Shown: positions 1 through 9,858, counted from the stretch's first letter. The stretch is 57,626 nucleotides of DNA from Candidatus Margulisiibacteriota bacterium (GCA_034723395.1 JAYEOW010000050.1:1-57626); one strand, 5' to 3'. Program-made: numbers and translations. The notes: generated by a model not told the origin, from the sequence alone.

Positions 1-108
1 GCGTTCGCTCAGGACAAGCTCCGTCGAAGGGCTTGCCCCGAGCGAACGAACGAAGTGAGGGAGTCGAGGGGCTGTAGCTGCGGGCATTTATTCGACATTG
101 AAATAAGA
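1..108 (+). repeat. Direct repeat copy A (REP-like palindrome cluster plus ATTTATTCGACRTTGAAATAA)
   Basis: 1-71 matches 17421-17491 with one mismatch; 86-108 matches 17494-17516. Confidence 0.9.
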
Positions 109-151
109 GGGTGGAGTTCAAAACTCAAAGATCAAATTTCGGAATGACAAC

Positions 152-985
152 CTATCCTATCTTCAATAATTGATATTCCAAGAATTTCCCTATTATTTCG
201 TCGAATGAGGATTTATATTTGTCTAAGCCATAGCTCACATTTAAATTGTAAAAGTCTAATTTGTATTTATATTCTGTTATAGCTATCGAATTGGCGTCCG
301 GATCAATTTGTATTTGAAAGCCCGCACGCCCCATCATTTTATTGAATTGTTCTTGATTCTCGATTGCTAGGTCGATTACTGGAAGTATATTATAATCTGA
401 ATATCCCCTGGAACGAACAGAAATTTTCCAAATTGTTTTATTTTTAAATTCAATCGTTGTTTTATAGTGGTTTGTTTCATCTGAGAAAATATTCTTGGGA
501 AAATGAGGGATTTTATATCGTATTTCTTTTTGCCCCTTAAGATTTGCAGCGTCGACGTGTTTTTTTAGAGACTCAAAAAAGTAGGCGTAAACACTTCTAT
601 ATTTATTATTGGTTTCGGCGATCCTTTGTTTAATTGCCAATTCCTTTTTTTCTATTTCAATTTTTCTGATATCTTTCTCGCTCAAAAATTTGTTATACCA
701 ATCAGTAAAATCATTTTCTAATTCTTGAATTTGTGTTTTTATTTTATTGGAGGAGGTATCTTTCTTGAATTCTTCAAGCTGTGCTTTGAATGAAGAGAAT
801 TCTTTCCTGATGCTTGCTGATGATCCAAGATGTTCATAATATCCAGCAGCACCCAATAGAATTACTCCAACAATATATATTATCCAAGTGCGTACTTTGC
901 TTATACTGGATATTTTCGGCGCAAGAATAAGAAGAATTGTGCCGACTGCTCCTGTAGAAATTGCTGTATACATATAACCGTTCAT
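152..985 (-). CDS. Hypothetical protein, 2 N-terminal TM helices plus coiled coil
   Basis: 277-aa ORF; hydrophobic N-terminus then K/E-rich heptads. Confidence 0.75.
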   Translation of the reverse strand: MNGYMYTAISTGAVGTILLILAPKISSISKVRTWIIYIVGVILLGAAGYYEHLGSSASIRKEFSSFKAQLEEFKKDTSSNKIKTQIQELENDFTDWYNKFLSEKDIRKIEIEKKELAIKQRIAETNNKYRSVYAYFFESLKKHVDAANLKGQKEIRYKIPHFPKNIFSDETNHYKTTIEFKNKTIWKISVRSRGYSDYNILPVIDLAIENQEQFNKMMGRAGFQIQIDPDANSIAITEYKYKLDFYNLNVSYGLDKYKSSFDEIIGKFLEYQLLKIG

Positions 986-1296
986 AACATTTATATTCTA
1001 ACATATTTTTTGAGTCTTTTTGTAATGGTGGCCTAAAGATTTATTGGATTTTTTACTTTTGCATTTTAAGTTTGAATTAAATGGGCCTTTGCGAGTCATC
1101 TCTACCCACTTTTTCTGTCAATGGAAAGAGAGGAAGTCGAAATAGAGATTTTTGGCTTGCCCTTTGAGGGCGAAGTTGATTGAATGGTAGCGTGGGGCAG
1201 CGAATAGCGATTTTATCCTTGTATTTTTGTTAAGGAGGGCTTAGAATTTAGACAGGAAATGTCTGCCGCCGACGGCGGAATTATTTAAATAAGAAT

Positions 1297-2448
1297 ATGG
1301 CAAACAGCTATCTTACAAACGCAAAAAGGGCAAAGAACGACGAGTTTTATACTCAGTACGGTGATATTCAAAAAGAGATTGAATCATATTTAGAATACAA
1401 TCCCGATGTATTCCGCGGTAAAGTTGTTTACTGCAATTGTGACGATCCGTTCGAGAGCAATTTCTTCCGCTATTTCGTGCTTAATTTCAACAAACTTGGA
1501 TTGAAACAGCTTATCACCACTAGCTATAGACCCTCACCTGTAGCCAACACTCAACTGGCGTTGTATGGCGATGATAAAACTCTCACAAAAGCAAAAGGCC
1601 GTCCTAAGATAAATGCCAACAAATTCATTATCAAAGAAGTGCACGACATAGACGGCGATGGTGAATTCAATTTGAAGGATGTTGCCATGCAGTTAAAGGC
1701 GAACAAGCACAACGAATGGGTTCCGTTAGAAGGCGACGGAGACTTTCGTAGCGATGAATGTTTAAAGATGCTTAAACAATCTGATATCGTGATAACGAAT
1801 CCGCCATTCAGCCTATTTCGCGAATATATTAAGCAACTTTTTGATTGCAGTAAAAACTTTGTCATTATTGGTAATATGAATGCGATTACATATAAGGAAA
1901 TATTCCCGCTCATTAAAGATAATAAAATATGGCTAGGAGCTGGTAAAAACGATGGACGAAACGTATGGTATCAAGTTCCTGATAGTTACAAAAGTTTTCA
2001 TAAAGAGGAAGCTGGAAAGAAATATGCATTTGTTGCAGGAACAGTTTGGTTCACTAACCTTGACCATGGACGTCGTCATCAACCACTGCCCTTAATGACT
2101 GAGAAGGAAATAATTAAATTTGTTACAAAAAAGCCTTTTAATGAATATGACAACTATGATGCTATTGAAGTGCCGTTGGTTAAAAATATTCCGAGTGATT
2201 ACAATGGTGCAATGGGTGTGCCTATCAGCTTTCTTAGTAAATATAATCCTGAACAATTTGAAATATTAGGATTAAGCAGGTATATAAAGACACGAGGTAT
2301 GTCAAAGGAATTTGTTGACGCATACTATAAATCTGGGCAAACAGGGACAATCAGTGAAGGACACCCAGACTTATGTTATTATGATCATAATAACCGACCA
2401 GTCGTCCCTTATATGAGAGTTATAATTAAATTAGTAAAGATTAAATAA
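1297..2448 (+). CDS. Adenine-specific DNA methyltransferase, EcoRI family
   Basis: KNDEFYT, YCNCDDP, GDFRS and catalytic ITNPPFS motifs. Confidence 0.9.
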   Translation: MANSYLTNAKRAKNDEFYTQYGDIQKEIESYLEYNPDVFRGKVVYCNCDDPFESNFFRYFVLNFNKLGLKQLITTSYRPSPVANTQLALYGDDKTLTKAKGRPKINANKFIIKEVHDIDGDGEFNLKDVAMQLKANKHNEWVPLEGDGDFRSDECLKMLKQSDIVITNPPFSLFREYIKQLFDCSKNFVIIGNMNAITYKEIFPLIKDNKIWLGAGKNDGRNVWYQVPDSYKSFHKEEAGKKYAFVAGTVWFTNLDHGRRHQPLPLMTEKEIIKFVTKKPFNEYDNYDAIEVPLVKNIPSDYNGAMGVPISFLSKYNPEQFEILGLSRYIKTRGMSKEFVDAYYKSGQTGTISEGHPDLCYYDHNNRPVVPYMRVIIKLVKIK

Positions 2449-3522
2449 ATGAAAACAACACTTAAAACCGACATTACTATTAAGGAAATATGCGAAGGTT
2501 TTGTTTATAACGAGCTCGAAGGCAAAGGTTTATTTGGTTTGTCAGGTAAATTGACCATTCAACCCGAATATCAACGCAACTACATTTATGCCTCCGATGG
2601 TGGAAAAAAAGAGGTTGCCGTTATTGAATCACTGCTCAAAGGTTACCCCATAGGCTTGATATATTTTAATAAGGTTTCTGAAAATAATCTGGAAGTTTTG
2701 GACGGGCAACAGCGCATCACCAGTGTTGGACGTTTTGTAACCGATAAATTTGCCATCAAAGACGATAACGGTATGGAACAATATTTTAGCGGCATGGCAA
2801 AAGACAAGAAAACCAAGATTTTGGAAACTAAACAACTCATTTATGAATGCGAAGGAACAGAAAGCCAGATAAAAGAGTGGTTTAAGACGATTAATATAGC
2901 TGGAGTTCCGCTCGTCCCCCAAGAATTGTTAAATGCGATCTATTCCGGACCATTCGTTACGCTAGGTAAAGAGGAGTTCAGTAACAGCCAAAATGCCAAT
3001 ATTCTAAAATGGAGCGCGTATGTATCTGGCAGCGCAAACAGACAGGCGTTTTTGGAATGTGCGCTTGATTGGGTTTCAAGTGTATTTGTTGATGTGGAAA
3101 GTGAGATGTGCGGACTTGAGTGGGGGCGGCTTTACGAGGAGTATCACAAAAAGCCATATAACCCAGCTAAAATATCAGCCGAGGTGCGTAATCTCTATGG
3201 TGACTCATATATTAAAAATCGTAAAGGTATTTTTGAATACGTTCTTGGTGGCTCAGTTGATAAAAAATTGCTAAATGTCCGAGTTTTTGATGAGGAAACA
3301 AAGAAAGCTGTTTACGCAAAACAAACTCGACAGGCCAAATCTAAAAAGAAGTCAAATTGTCCGCATTGCAGTATTGGTCATAAAGCTAACAAGAGTAATA
3401 TTTGGAGTTTTGGCGAAATGGACGCCGATCATGTAACAGCTTGGAGTAAGGGTGGAGCGACTTCGGCTAAGAACTGTCAGATGCTCTGTAAGACACACAA
3501 TCGAGCAAAAGGGAATCGATAG
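2449..3522 (+). CDS. DUF262 (GmrS-like) plus HNH endonuclease, putative cognate restriction enzyme
   Basis: QPEYQRNY and LDGQQR (DUF262); C-terminal CPHC and DADH...GG...NCQMLC..HN HNH motif; starts directly after MTase stop. Confidence 0.85.
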   Translation: MKTTLKTDITIKEICEGFVYNELEGKGLFGLSGKLTIQPEYQRNYIYASDGGKKEVAVIESLLKGYPIGLIYFNKVSENNLEVLDGQQRITSVGRFVTDKFAIKDDNGMEQYFSGMAKDKKTKILETKQLIYECEGTESQIKEWFKTINIAGVPLVPQELLNAIYSGPFVTLGKEEFSNSQNANILKWSAYVSGSANRQAFLECALDWVSSVFVDVESEMCGLEWGRLYEEYHKKPYNPAKISAEVRNLYGDSYIKNRKGIFEYVLGGSVDKKLLNVRVFDEETKKAVYAKQTRQAKSKKKSNCPHCSIGHKANKSNIWSFGEMDADHVTAWSKGGATSAKNCQMLCKTHNRAKGNR

Positions 3523-3674
3523 GAATATGAGCGACACACCAATATGAATCTAAGAACAACAGAGATCGAGCTGGGCGTTTTTTCAATTGATGGGGATATT
3601 GGCTCGAAACTCGAAACCCTGGAAACCCTGGATCAGGTCTATTTAAAATTCAAGTATAGTTTTTAGGTTTGCTT

Positions 3675-3920
3675 ATGGATCAAATCGATATCTTTAATAA
3701 AGTAAAACACATTATCGCTCGCGAGCTTAATAAGGATAAACAGCTCATTAACATGGATGTTTCCTTAAAGGGCGATCTGAATTTTGATTCGATAGATCAT
3801 CCGCTATTAATGGCGGCATTGGAAAAAAGGTTTGCGGTTCAAATATCTGACGAAGAATCGGATAAATTGACAATCGTTGCTGAAATAGTTGAATTGATTG
3901 AGAAGAAAAAAGGATGTTAG
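3675..3920 (+). CDS. Acyl carrier protein
   Basis: About 81 aa, acidic; DLNFDSID phosphopantetheine-Ser motif; LEKRFAVQISDEE. Confidence 0.85.
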   Translation: MDQIDIFNKVKHIIARELNKDKQLINMDVSLKGDLNFDSIDHPLLMAALEKRFAVQISDEESDKLTIVAEIVELIEKKKGC

Positions 3921-3924
3921 AACA

Positions 3925-4014
3925 TTGCCTAATTGGTGGGTAATTGTATTAGTTTTACTATACGTGTGTTTTTTGATCGCACTGGTATTATGGACATCGT
4001 CTCAAAAACGGTAA
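3925..4014 (+). CDS. 29-aa single-TM microprotein (MPNWWVIVLVLLYVCFLIALVLWTSSQKR)
   Basis: TTG start after AAGGA; hydrophobic core with basic tail; not in ORF track. Confidence 0.5.
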   Translation: MPNWWVIVLVLLYVCFLIALVLWTSSQKR

Positions 4015-4024
4015 GGAGACAAAA

Positions 4025-4150
4025 ATGAGCTGGACCTGGATAGCGATTATTATCATTATTATTTTAATTGTAGTTGTGTCAATGGTTGTCTTAATCTATT
4101 TATTGATTCTGCGAGCAGGGGGTGAATATTTATGGATGTTAAGAAAATAA
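4025..4150 (+). CDS. 41-aa single-TM microprotein (MSWTWIAIIIIIILIVVVSMVVLIYLLILRAGGEYLWMLRK)
   Basis: ATG preceded by AAGGAG; not in ORF track. Confidence 0.6.
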   Translation: MSWTWIAIIIIIILIVVVSMVVLIYLLILRAGGEYLWMLRK

Positions 4151-4224
4151 TAGTAATCTTAATTTTGATTGCTGCTTTTGTGCTGGTCTGGTGGGTTTAT
4201 CAGAAATTTAGAGTAGAGAAATAA
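4132..4224 (+). CDS. 30-aa single-TM microprotein (MDVKKIIVILILIAAFVLVWWVYQKFRVEK)
   Basis: ATG preceded by GGGGGTG; stop 1 nt before acyltransferase ATG. Confidence 0.6.
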   Translation: MDVKKIIVILILIAAFVLVWWVYQKFRVEK

Positions 4225-4225
4225 A

Positions 4226-4900
4226 ATGCTTAAAAACATTATTAAGGAAAGCTATATAGAAACCATGTCTCTTTTGCTCTGGCTGCTTTCTATGGCCATT
4301 AATAAAACGGTCAGGTTGAATGTCGTAGGGGAAGAGTACATAAAGGAGAATCATAAAGAGGGAAAGAATGTGGTTTTTGCTTTCTGGCATCAAGCGACCT
4401 TTCCTCTATTTTATTACTATCGCAATCGTAATGTTTTCATTGCGCCGCTGGACAATACCGAGGGGGAAATCCTGGCGCGTTTCGCAAGAAGATATAAATG
4501 TCAAATCCTAAGAACGCCGGCTGAAGGTGATTCTTTTTCAAGAGCCAAGAGTAGCTTATCTATCTTAAAATCTTTAAAAAATAAATATGACTGCGCGATT
4601 GCGGTTGATGGTCCGCCAGGGGAATCAATATTTAAGGTTAAACCGGGGGGGTTATTTCTTTCGAAAAAAACAGGTAGAGTGGTTGTGCCGGTTGGGGTTC
4701 ATGCGCGTTGCAAGATAACTCTGCCAATGAGATGGGATAAATATTTTATCCCCCTGCCTTTTAGTCGGGTAATTATTGTGTTTGATAAACCATTTAGAGT
4801 TTCTTCAGATATTAATGGTCTTGGGCTGAAGAATGAATCAGAAAAACTTGAGAAGACACTGCATAAAATTACACATAAAGCAAAGGGTTTTAATGAATAA
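4226..4900 (+). CDS. Lysophospholipid acyltransferase family protein (DUF374-like)
   Basis: FAFWH, AVDGP.G, VKPG, WDK..IPLPFS motifs. Confidence 0.8.
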   Translation: MLKNIIKESYIETMSLLLWLLSMAINKTVRLNVVGEEYIKENHKEGKNVVFAFWHQATFPLFYYYRNRNVFIAPLDNTEGEILARFARRYKCQILRTPAEGDSFSRAKSSLSILKSLKNKYDCAIAVDGPPGESIFKVKPGGLFLSKKTGRVVVPVGVHARCKITLPMRWDKYFIPLPFSRVIIVFDKPFRVSSDINGLGLKNESEKLEKTLHKITHKAKGFNE

Positions 4901-5372
4901 AAAAGAAATAATTTATAAGATATTTTTGATTATTTGTTTTGCAGTGGCCATGGGATATTTTGAGGCTGTGGTTGTTGTCTATCTCCGTGCTGCCATGCAA
5001 AAGCTCCCCTATATTCTGGAGCCAATTGCGCAAGTAACCCAAAAACTTGCCAAAGAACCTCTTTATCTTATTGAGCAATTTCGAGAAGCAGCTACGATTA
5101 TAATGTTAGCTGCTTTTGCTATTTTGACGGGTAAGAACTTGTGGGAAAGATTTGCCAATTTCCTGCTTACCCTTGGAATCTGGGATATTGTTTACTATAT
5201 CTCTTTATATGTTATTCTCCGCTGGCCGCCGTCTATTTTTACTGAAGACGTTCTATTTCTGATTCCTGTTCCCTGGAAAGGGCCGGTCATCGCGCCGGTT
5301 CTAGTGTCAACTCTAATGATAATCTCGGCTTTTGTTATTTTGAAAAGCAAAGTATGGGATAAGGAGATTTAA
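4893..5372 (+). CDS. Multi-TM membrane protein
   Basis: EAVVVVYLR, EQFREAAT, WDIVYY, LFLIPVPW motifs of an uncharacterised membrane family; start moved to ATG 4893. Confidence 0.75.
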   Translation: MNKKEIIYKIFLIICFAVAMGYFEAVVVVYLRAAMQKLPYILEPIAQVTQKLAKEPLYLIEQFREAATIIMLAAFAILTGKNLWERFANFLLTLGIWDIVYYISLYVILRWPPSIFTEDVLFLIPVPWKGPVIAPVLVSTLMIISAFVILKSKVWDKEI

Positions 5373-5373
5373 T

Positions 5374-5532
5374 ATGTGGATATCCTGGATATATGCTGTC
5401 TGTGCAGCCTGGCTTGTAGTTTCTGCTTTCACTATCGCGCATTGGGACACGAGCTTTAACTTGTGGAATAACTTGATTGTAGGAATCGTAATCGGCATAA
5501 CAACAGTCGTATTATGGACAAAAAAAGATTAA
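5374..5532 (+). CDS. 52-aa two-TM small protein (SPW-repeat-like)
   Basis: AAGGAG SD; MWISWIYAVCAAWLVVSAF...WNNLIVGIVIG...; exactly fills the gap between neighbours. Confidence 0.65.
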   Translation: MWISWIYAVCAAWLVVSAFTIAHWDTSFNLWNNLIVGIVIGITTVVLWTKKD

Positions 5533-5533
5533 A

Positions 5534-6778
5534 ATGAGCTTCATTTTAACATTTATTATAATCTGCGCGGTTATAACCTCTGTGGTCATGTTTCTACGCC
5601 TTTTGCAGATAGCTTTCCTTTTTACATATAGAAAGAAACCATCCGAGATTAAAATTGTTCCGGACAAAGAGCTGCCGAAAGTTTCGATCATGATCCCGGC
5701 TTATAATGAAGAAAAGGTGATTGCGAAAACCCTGAAAAACATTTTGGCTTTGGATTACCCCGATGACAAATTACAGATCCTTATAATAAATCCTAGTTCA
5801 AAAGACAATACTGCCAGTATTGCCCGAGAAATTGCCTCCCGCAGCAAAAGAAATATAAAAGTAATTGATGCCTCGAATGATTTCGAGCACCATGGCAAGC
5901 CTCGAGCTTTGAACTTCGGCTTAAGATATGTAGAAGGGGAAATTATTGTAATTTATGATGCGGATAGCATAGTAGATAGAATGGCTGTCAAACACCTGGC
6001 CTCTTATCTGGTTGCCCATCCAGAAGTGGCTATGACCTTTGGTATGCGAAAAGCCGTAAACCCGCACGGTTTTTTTGCTCGTTTTGGTTATCTCGAATCT
6101 TTATCTCAACAGCTTCTAACCGAAGCCGCACCCCCGCGGGAGGGGCAAAAATTTCTCTTTTCTCCAGGAACCAATGTGGCTATCCGAAAATCAGTCCTGG
6201 AAGAACTGGGAGGCTGGGATGACAATGCCTTAACCGAAGATTTCGAGCTCTCTGTCCGGCTCCATTCCCATGGGTATAAAATTGAATATGTCCATTCTGC
6301 TTTATCTTACGAAGAGGTTCCGGAAAAACTTCGGGTTTGGGTTGCTCAAAGAACTCGATGGGCGAGGGGCGGCAATCACGTATTCTTTAAAACCCTCAAA
6401 GAGATGAGAAAGATCTTTAAAGAGAGAAAACTAAAATTCGTAAACTTTGTTGTCCTTCTTAAGGTAATCGAATTCTATTCCCCCCTTCTGGCTTTAGTGC
6501 TTGCAAATCTTCTTTTTATTTTAGGAATGATAGAAATTCTCGTGTTTGAGGGAATGGGAATTGGTTTTTTTCTATGGATGCTGTTTTATGCGCTGCTTTT
6601 TCTGCAGCTCCTGGCCTGCTTGATTTATACTCGAGAAATTAATTTTAAGAATATAATTGTTTCGTTGCTTTTATATTTTTATTTCCAGATCTGGCTTTTT
6701 GTTTTCGGAAGAGTTATCTGGCTGGATTTGGTCCGCGCCCCCAATCTCTGGGAGAAAACTGAAAGATTTTCTAATTGA
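5534..6778 (+). CDS. Processive GT2 glycosyltransferase, membrane-bound
   Basis: IPAYNEE, GKPRALN, YDAD, LTED and QRTRW motifs; C-terminal TMs. Confidence 0.9.
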   Translation: MSFILTFIIICAVITSVVMFLRLLQIAFLFTYRKKPSEIKIVPDKELPKVSIMIPAYNEEKVIAKTLKNILALDYPDDKLQILIINPSSKDNTASIAREIASRSKRNIKVIDASNDFEHHGKPRALNFGLRYVEGEIIVIYDADSIVDRMAVKHLASYLVAHPEVAMTFGMRKAVNPHGFFARFGYLESLSQQLLTEAAPPREGQKFLFSPGTNVAIRKSVLEELGGWDDNALTEDFELSVRLHSHGYKIEYVHSALSYEEVPEKLRVWVAQRTRWARGGNHVFFKTLKEMRKIFKERKLKFVNFVVLLKVIEFYSPLLALVLANLLFILGMIEILVFEGMGIGFFLWMLFYALLFLQLLACLIYTREINFKNIIVSLLLYFYFQIWLFVFGRVIWLDLVRAPNLWEKTERFSN

Positions 6779-6822
6779 AAAATAGATGTAAGCCACAAGT
6801 TAAAATGCTAAACTAATCTAAC

Positions 6823-7737
6823 ATGAATGATATAAAAAGAAGACGAAAAATTGGCTTAGCTTTAGGGACCGGTGCCGCCCGCGGTCTTGCCCATATTGGC
6901 GTAATCAAAGTATTAGAAGAGACAGGAATAAAAGTAGATTATATTGCTGGGGCAAGTATGGGGGCCATGATTGGCGGCGGATATGCAGTGACCCTGGATA
7001 TTAAAAAGATAGAATCAATAGCCCTTGAGACCGATTGGAGAAAGCTGTTTTCTTTAGTTGATCTGGCCCTCCCCTTAAATGGCATCATCGATGGGCGGAA
7101 AATTCAGGAATTCATAAAATCTTCCATTGGGGACGCAAAATTCTCTGACGCTAAAATTCCTTTAACTGTCGTAGCCACAGAGGTACCGACAGGTGAAAGA
7201 ATAATTTTGAAAGAGGGGAACATCGCCAGGGCTGTTAGAGCGAGCGTTTCTATTCCGATCCTTTTTACGCCTTACAATTATGAGGGAAGATTCCTGATCG
7301 ATGGCGGAGTAGTGGATCCGGTGCCCGTTAGGCTGGTTAGAGAAATGGGGGCGGATTTTGTCATTGCGGTAAATTTGTTCTCAGATTTGAAAAGATATTT
7401 TTCAGAAGAAAAGCCGTCGGAATCCAAAAGTAAAAAATTATCCAAGCTTCAGATGCTAAAGGAAATCATTCCGCCCGGCCCGATAAGAGCAAAAGCGGAT
7501 GAGATTATATTTAACCGAATTGATCGAATTCTGAAGACACCTACTCTGGTTGGGACTGGAATGCAGACGATCGCCATTATGGAGAGACACCTGGCCATAC
7601 CTCAGTTAATGGAAGCAGATGTTGTGATCACTCCCGAAGTAGGTGACATCGGGTCAATCGAATATGTCCGAGCAGGGGAATGCATTGCCAGGGGCGAAGA
7701 AGCTGCCAAACAAATCTTAGCGAGGACATTAAAATGA
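6823..7737 (+). CDS. Patatin-like phospholipase (RssA/NTE family)
   Basis: GTGAARGLAHIG, GASMG nucleophile, DGG motif. Confidence 0.9.
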   Translation: MNDIKRRRKIGLALGTGAARGLAHIGVIKVLEETGIKVDYIAGASMGAMIGGGYAVTLDIKKIESIALETDWRKLFSLVDLALPLNGIIDGRKIQEFIKSSIGDAKFSDAKIPLTVVATEVPTGERIILKEGNIARAVRASVSIPILFTPYNYEGRFLIDGGVVDPVPVRLVREMGADFVIAVNLFSDLKRYFSEEKPSESKSKKLSKLQMLKEIIPPGPIRAKADEIIFNRIDRILKTPTLVGTGMQTIAIMERHLAIPQLMEADVVITPEVGDIGSIEYVRAGECIARGEEAAKQILARTLK

Positions 7738-8105
7738 GAAACTTGTTCGTATGGATTTTGTTTTATACCTTCATTATGGCTTTCAGCCAGCTGCTTTTGA
7801 AATATGGCGCAAATCAAATTGGTATTCTTAAAATTAAGGAGCTCAAAGATGTTTTCTCAATCGTTTTTCAAGTTATCAAAAACCCTTTTGTTTTAATGAG
7901 TATTTTATTCATGTGCTCTTCTTTTTTTCTCTGGATGTATATCCTTTCCAGGTTTAAGCTTGGCCTGATTTTTCCTCTGACTGCTCTAACCTATGTCTTT
8001 GTGGCCTTGATCTCTTTTTTCATTCTTGGAGAAAAATTTTCCCCATTCAATTATTTTGGCGTGGCCTTAATTGCTTCCGGAGTCTTCTTTTTGCTTTATA
8101 AATAG
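7734..8105 (+). CDS. SMR/EamA-like 4-TM transporter (ArnE/F-like flippase subunit)
   Basis: SQLLLKYG, FPLTALTYV, LGEK motifs; start moved to ATG 7734. Confidence 0.75.
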   Translation: MRNLFVWILFYTFIMAFSQLLLKYGANQIGILKIKELKDVFSIVFQVIKNPFVLMSILFMCSSFFLWMYILSRFKLGLIFPLTALTYVFVALISFFILGEKFSPFNYFGVALIASGVFFLLYK

Positions 8106-8165
8106 AAATCCGCTCCCAGCTCGCACCGAGCTTGTCGAAGGGTTTTTTAATTCAAATCCCCGCCC

Positions 8166-8198
8166 AAAAAAGAGCAACCGCCAGGTTAAGCGGTTGCT
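8166..8198 (-). terminator. Rho-independent terminator outside left inverted repeat
   Basis: Stem AGCAACCGC/GCGGTTGCT, 8-nt loop, U-tract on minus strand. Confidence 0.6.
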
Positions 8199-8250
8199 TA
8201 AAGGTATAATTCTCCGAAGTCCTCCGAAGCTCCGGAGGAGCGAAGGAGGA

Positions 8251-8362
8251 TGGAGTCCGCGTTTCCCCAACGAACTATTAAATTAATCTTACCGAACAAT
8301 ATTCATGGCTGTAAGAAGATGAATCTCAAAGATCCTAGATAGTCCTTCGACTCTCCCTCGAC
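8251..8362 (+). repeat. Left long inverted repeat (IR-L)
   Basis: Reverse complement of 27124-27235; first 55 nt identical, 104/112 overall by manual alignment. Confidence 0.95.
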
Positions 8363-9329
8363 TCGCTGCGCTCGCTCGGGACAAGGTGCGGTCTGCCCGG
8401 GGAATCCCGCACAATCCCTATATAGTTATATATTGTACACACACTGCGCTGCGTAGCGTCCTATTGCGGCTTCTGGCTTTGTGTTTATATATAAGGCAAT
8501 GATCCTGCTCCTGCTGCTTTGTTCTATTGTGCTTTAAATAAGGGGCAGGTTTTTCACATTAAAAACAGATCATACATTAAGGGTGAGATCCTAATCTTGA
8601 GGCTGGTTTTCAGCTTAAGCCCAGACACAAATAAATGAGCCTGGAGCGGGTTCTACTGTTCTGCTTAAGACCACACACACCCTAAGACAAACAGCTCGAT
8701 CAAAGGGCAGAATTACTTAAGGCAAAATCAGGACCAGCTTCTCATCATACACAAGACCAAAAAATTGGAGCCAGTTTTTCCGCTTCGTTGTTTGCTTTGT
8801 GGCCTGCGGTTAATTTGTGGTGGTAAGCATAGGGGGTGGTTTTTTAAGGAAAAGACAAGGAAAAAAGAGGGTGTTAAAATTCCCGAATTCCCAGATACAA
8901 GGCACCAAGGACAAGACTAAGGAACAGGCCGCTTCGCGCCCCCACCACCACCGCCTCCCAACCCCTTCCGGAAAGCCCTGAGATTATTATTCCCATCATC
9001 ATTTTTTAAAAACCCCGCCACCACCTCGAATTAAAGACACTTTGTACGACCTGCGTGCTGCTCACCAGCTCGCAGCACAGCAGGTCTTCATTGATCCATA
9101 TTTGGGGCAATAATGTTCCCCAACTTTTTCTTCATCGTTTACCGGATCTTTCAAGCTGCCATACCCGGGTGGGTGTTTTATGGATACTTGTCGTTCAATT
9201 GGCCTTATTATCTATATAAAATCACGATACAAGCAAAAAGCCCTATTGTACGGGTTTTCCGCACTATCTGGGGGGATAGACCGCATTATCAGCCGGAAAT
9301 CCCGCATAATGACATATTTATGATATATA

Positions 9330-9357
9330 TTGCAAAAATCCTTTATAGGAGTATAAT
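9330..9357 (+). promoter_or_regulatory. sigma70-type promoter for thermonuclease operon
   Basis: TTGCAA-16 nt-TATAAT. Confidence 0.55.
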
Positions 9358-9369
9358 AACGCCAGAAAC

Positions 9370-9858
9370 ATGACAAAAAGATCATTGGCTATTTTCTGTC
9401 TACTTTTTATAGCCAGTTTGTTCATAACTGGTTTTGGGAAACCTCCTGCTTCAGCGCCTGAAAATATTTACCTTGTAACGAGAGTCATTGATGGCGATAC
9501 GATCGAATTAGCCAATGGCGAAAGAGTAAGATATATTGGTATTGATACGCCAGAAACAAAACATCCCGAAAAACCGGTTCAATACTTCGGCAAAGAAGCC
9601 TATGAAGCAAACAAGAAGCTGGTAGAAGGGAAAAAAGTCAGGCTCGAGTTTGACGTTCAAAAAAGAGATAAATATGGAAGGATACTCGCCTATGTCTATG
9701 TTGATAATATTTTTGTAAATGCATGGTTGGTTGAAAATGGATATGCCTATGCAGCCACTTATCCACCAAATGTTAAGTATCAGGAATCGTTTTTAAAGCT
9801 GCAAAAGGAAGCCAGAAAAAATAAAAGAAGATTATGGAGAGGAGGCCAAAACCAATGA
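9370..9858 (+). CDS. Thermonuclease (SNase family), exported
   Basis: VIDGDT, VRYIGIDTPE, DKYGRILAYV motifs; N-terminal signal. Confidence 0.92.
   Translation: MTKRSLAIFCLLFIASLFITGFGKPPASAPENIYLVTRVIDGDTIELANGERVRYIGIDTPETKHPEKPVQYFGKEAYEANKKLVEGKKVRLEFDVQKRDKYGRILAYVYVDNIFVNAWLVENGYAYAATYPPNVKYQESFLKLQKEARKNKRRLWRGGQNQ

Noticed and set aside
8067..8286. ORFs 8067-8270 and 8071-8286
   Set aside because: Composed of REP palindromes, a terminator and IR-L; no protein features
9113..9373. 86-aa ORF upstream of thermonuclease
   Set aside because: No SD or recognisable motif; overlaps promoter and repeats
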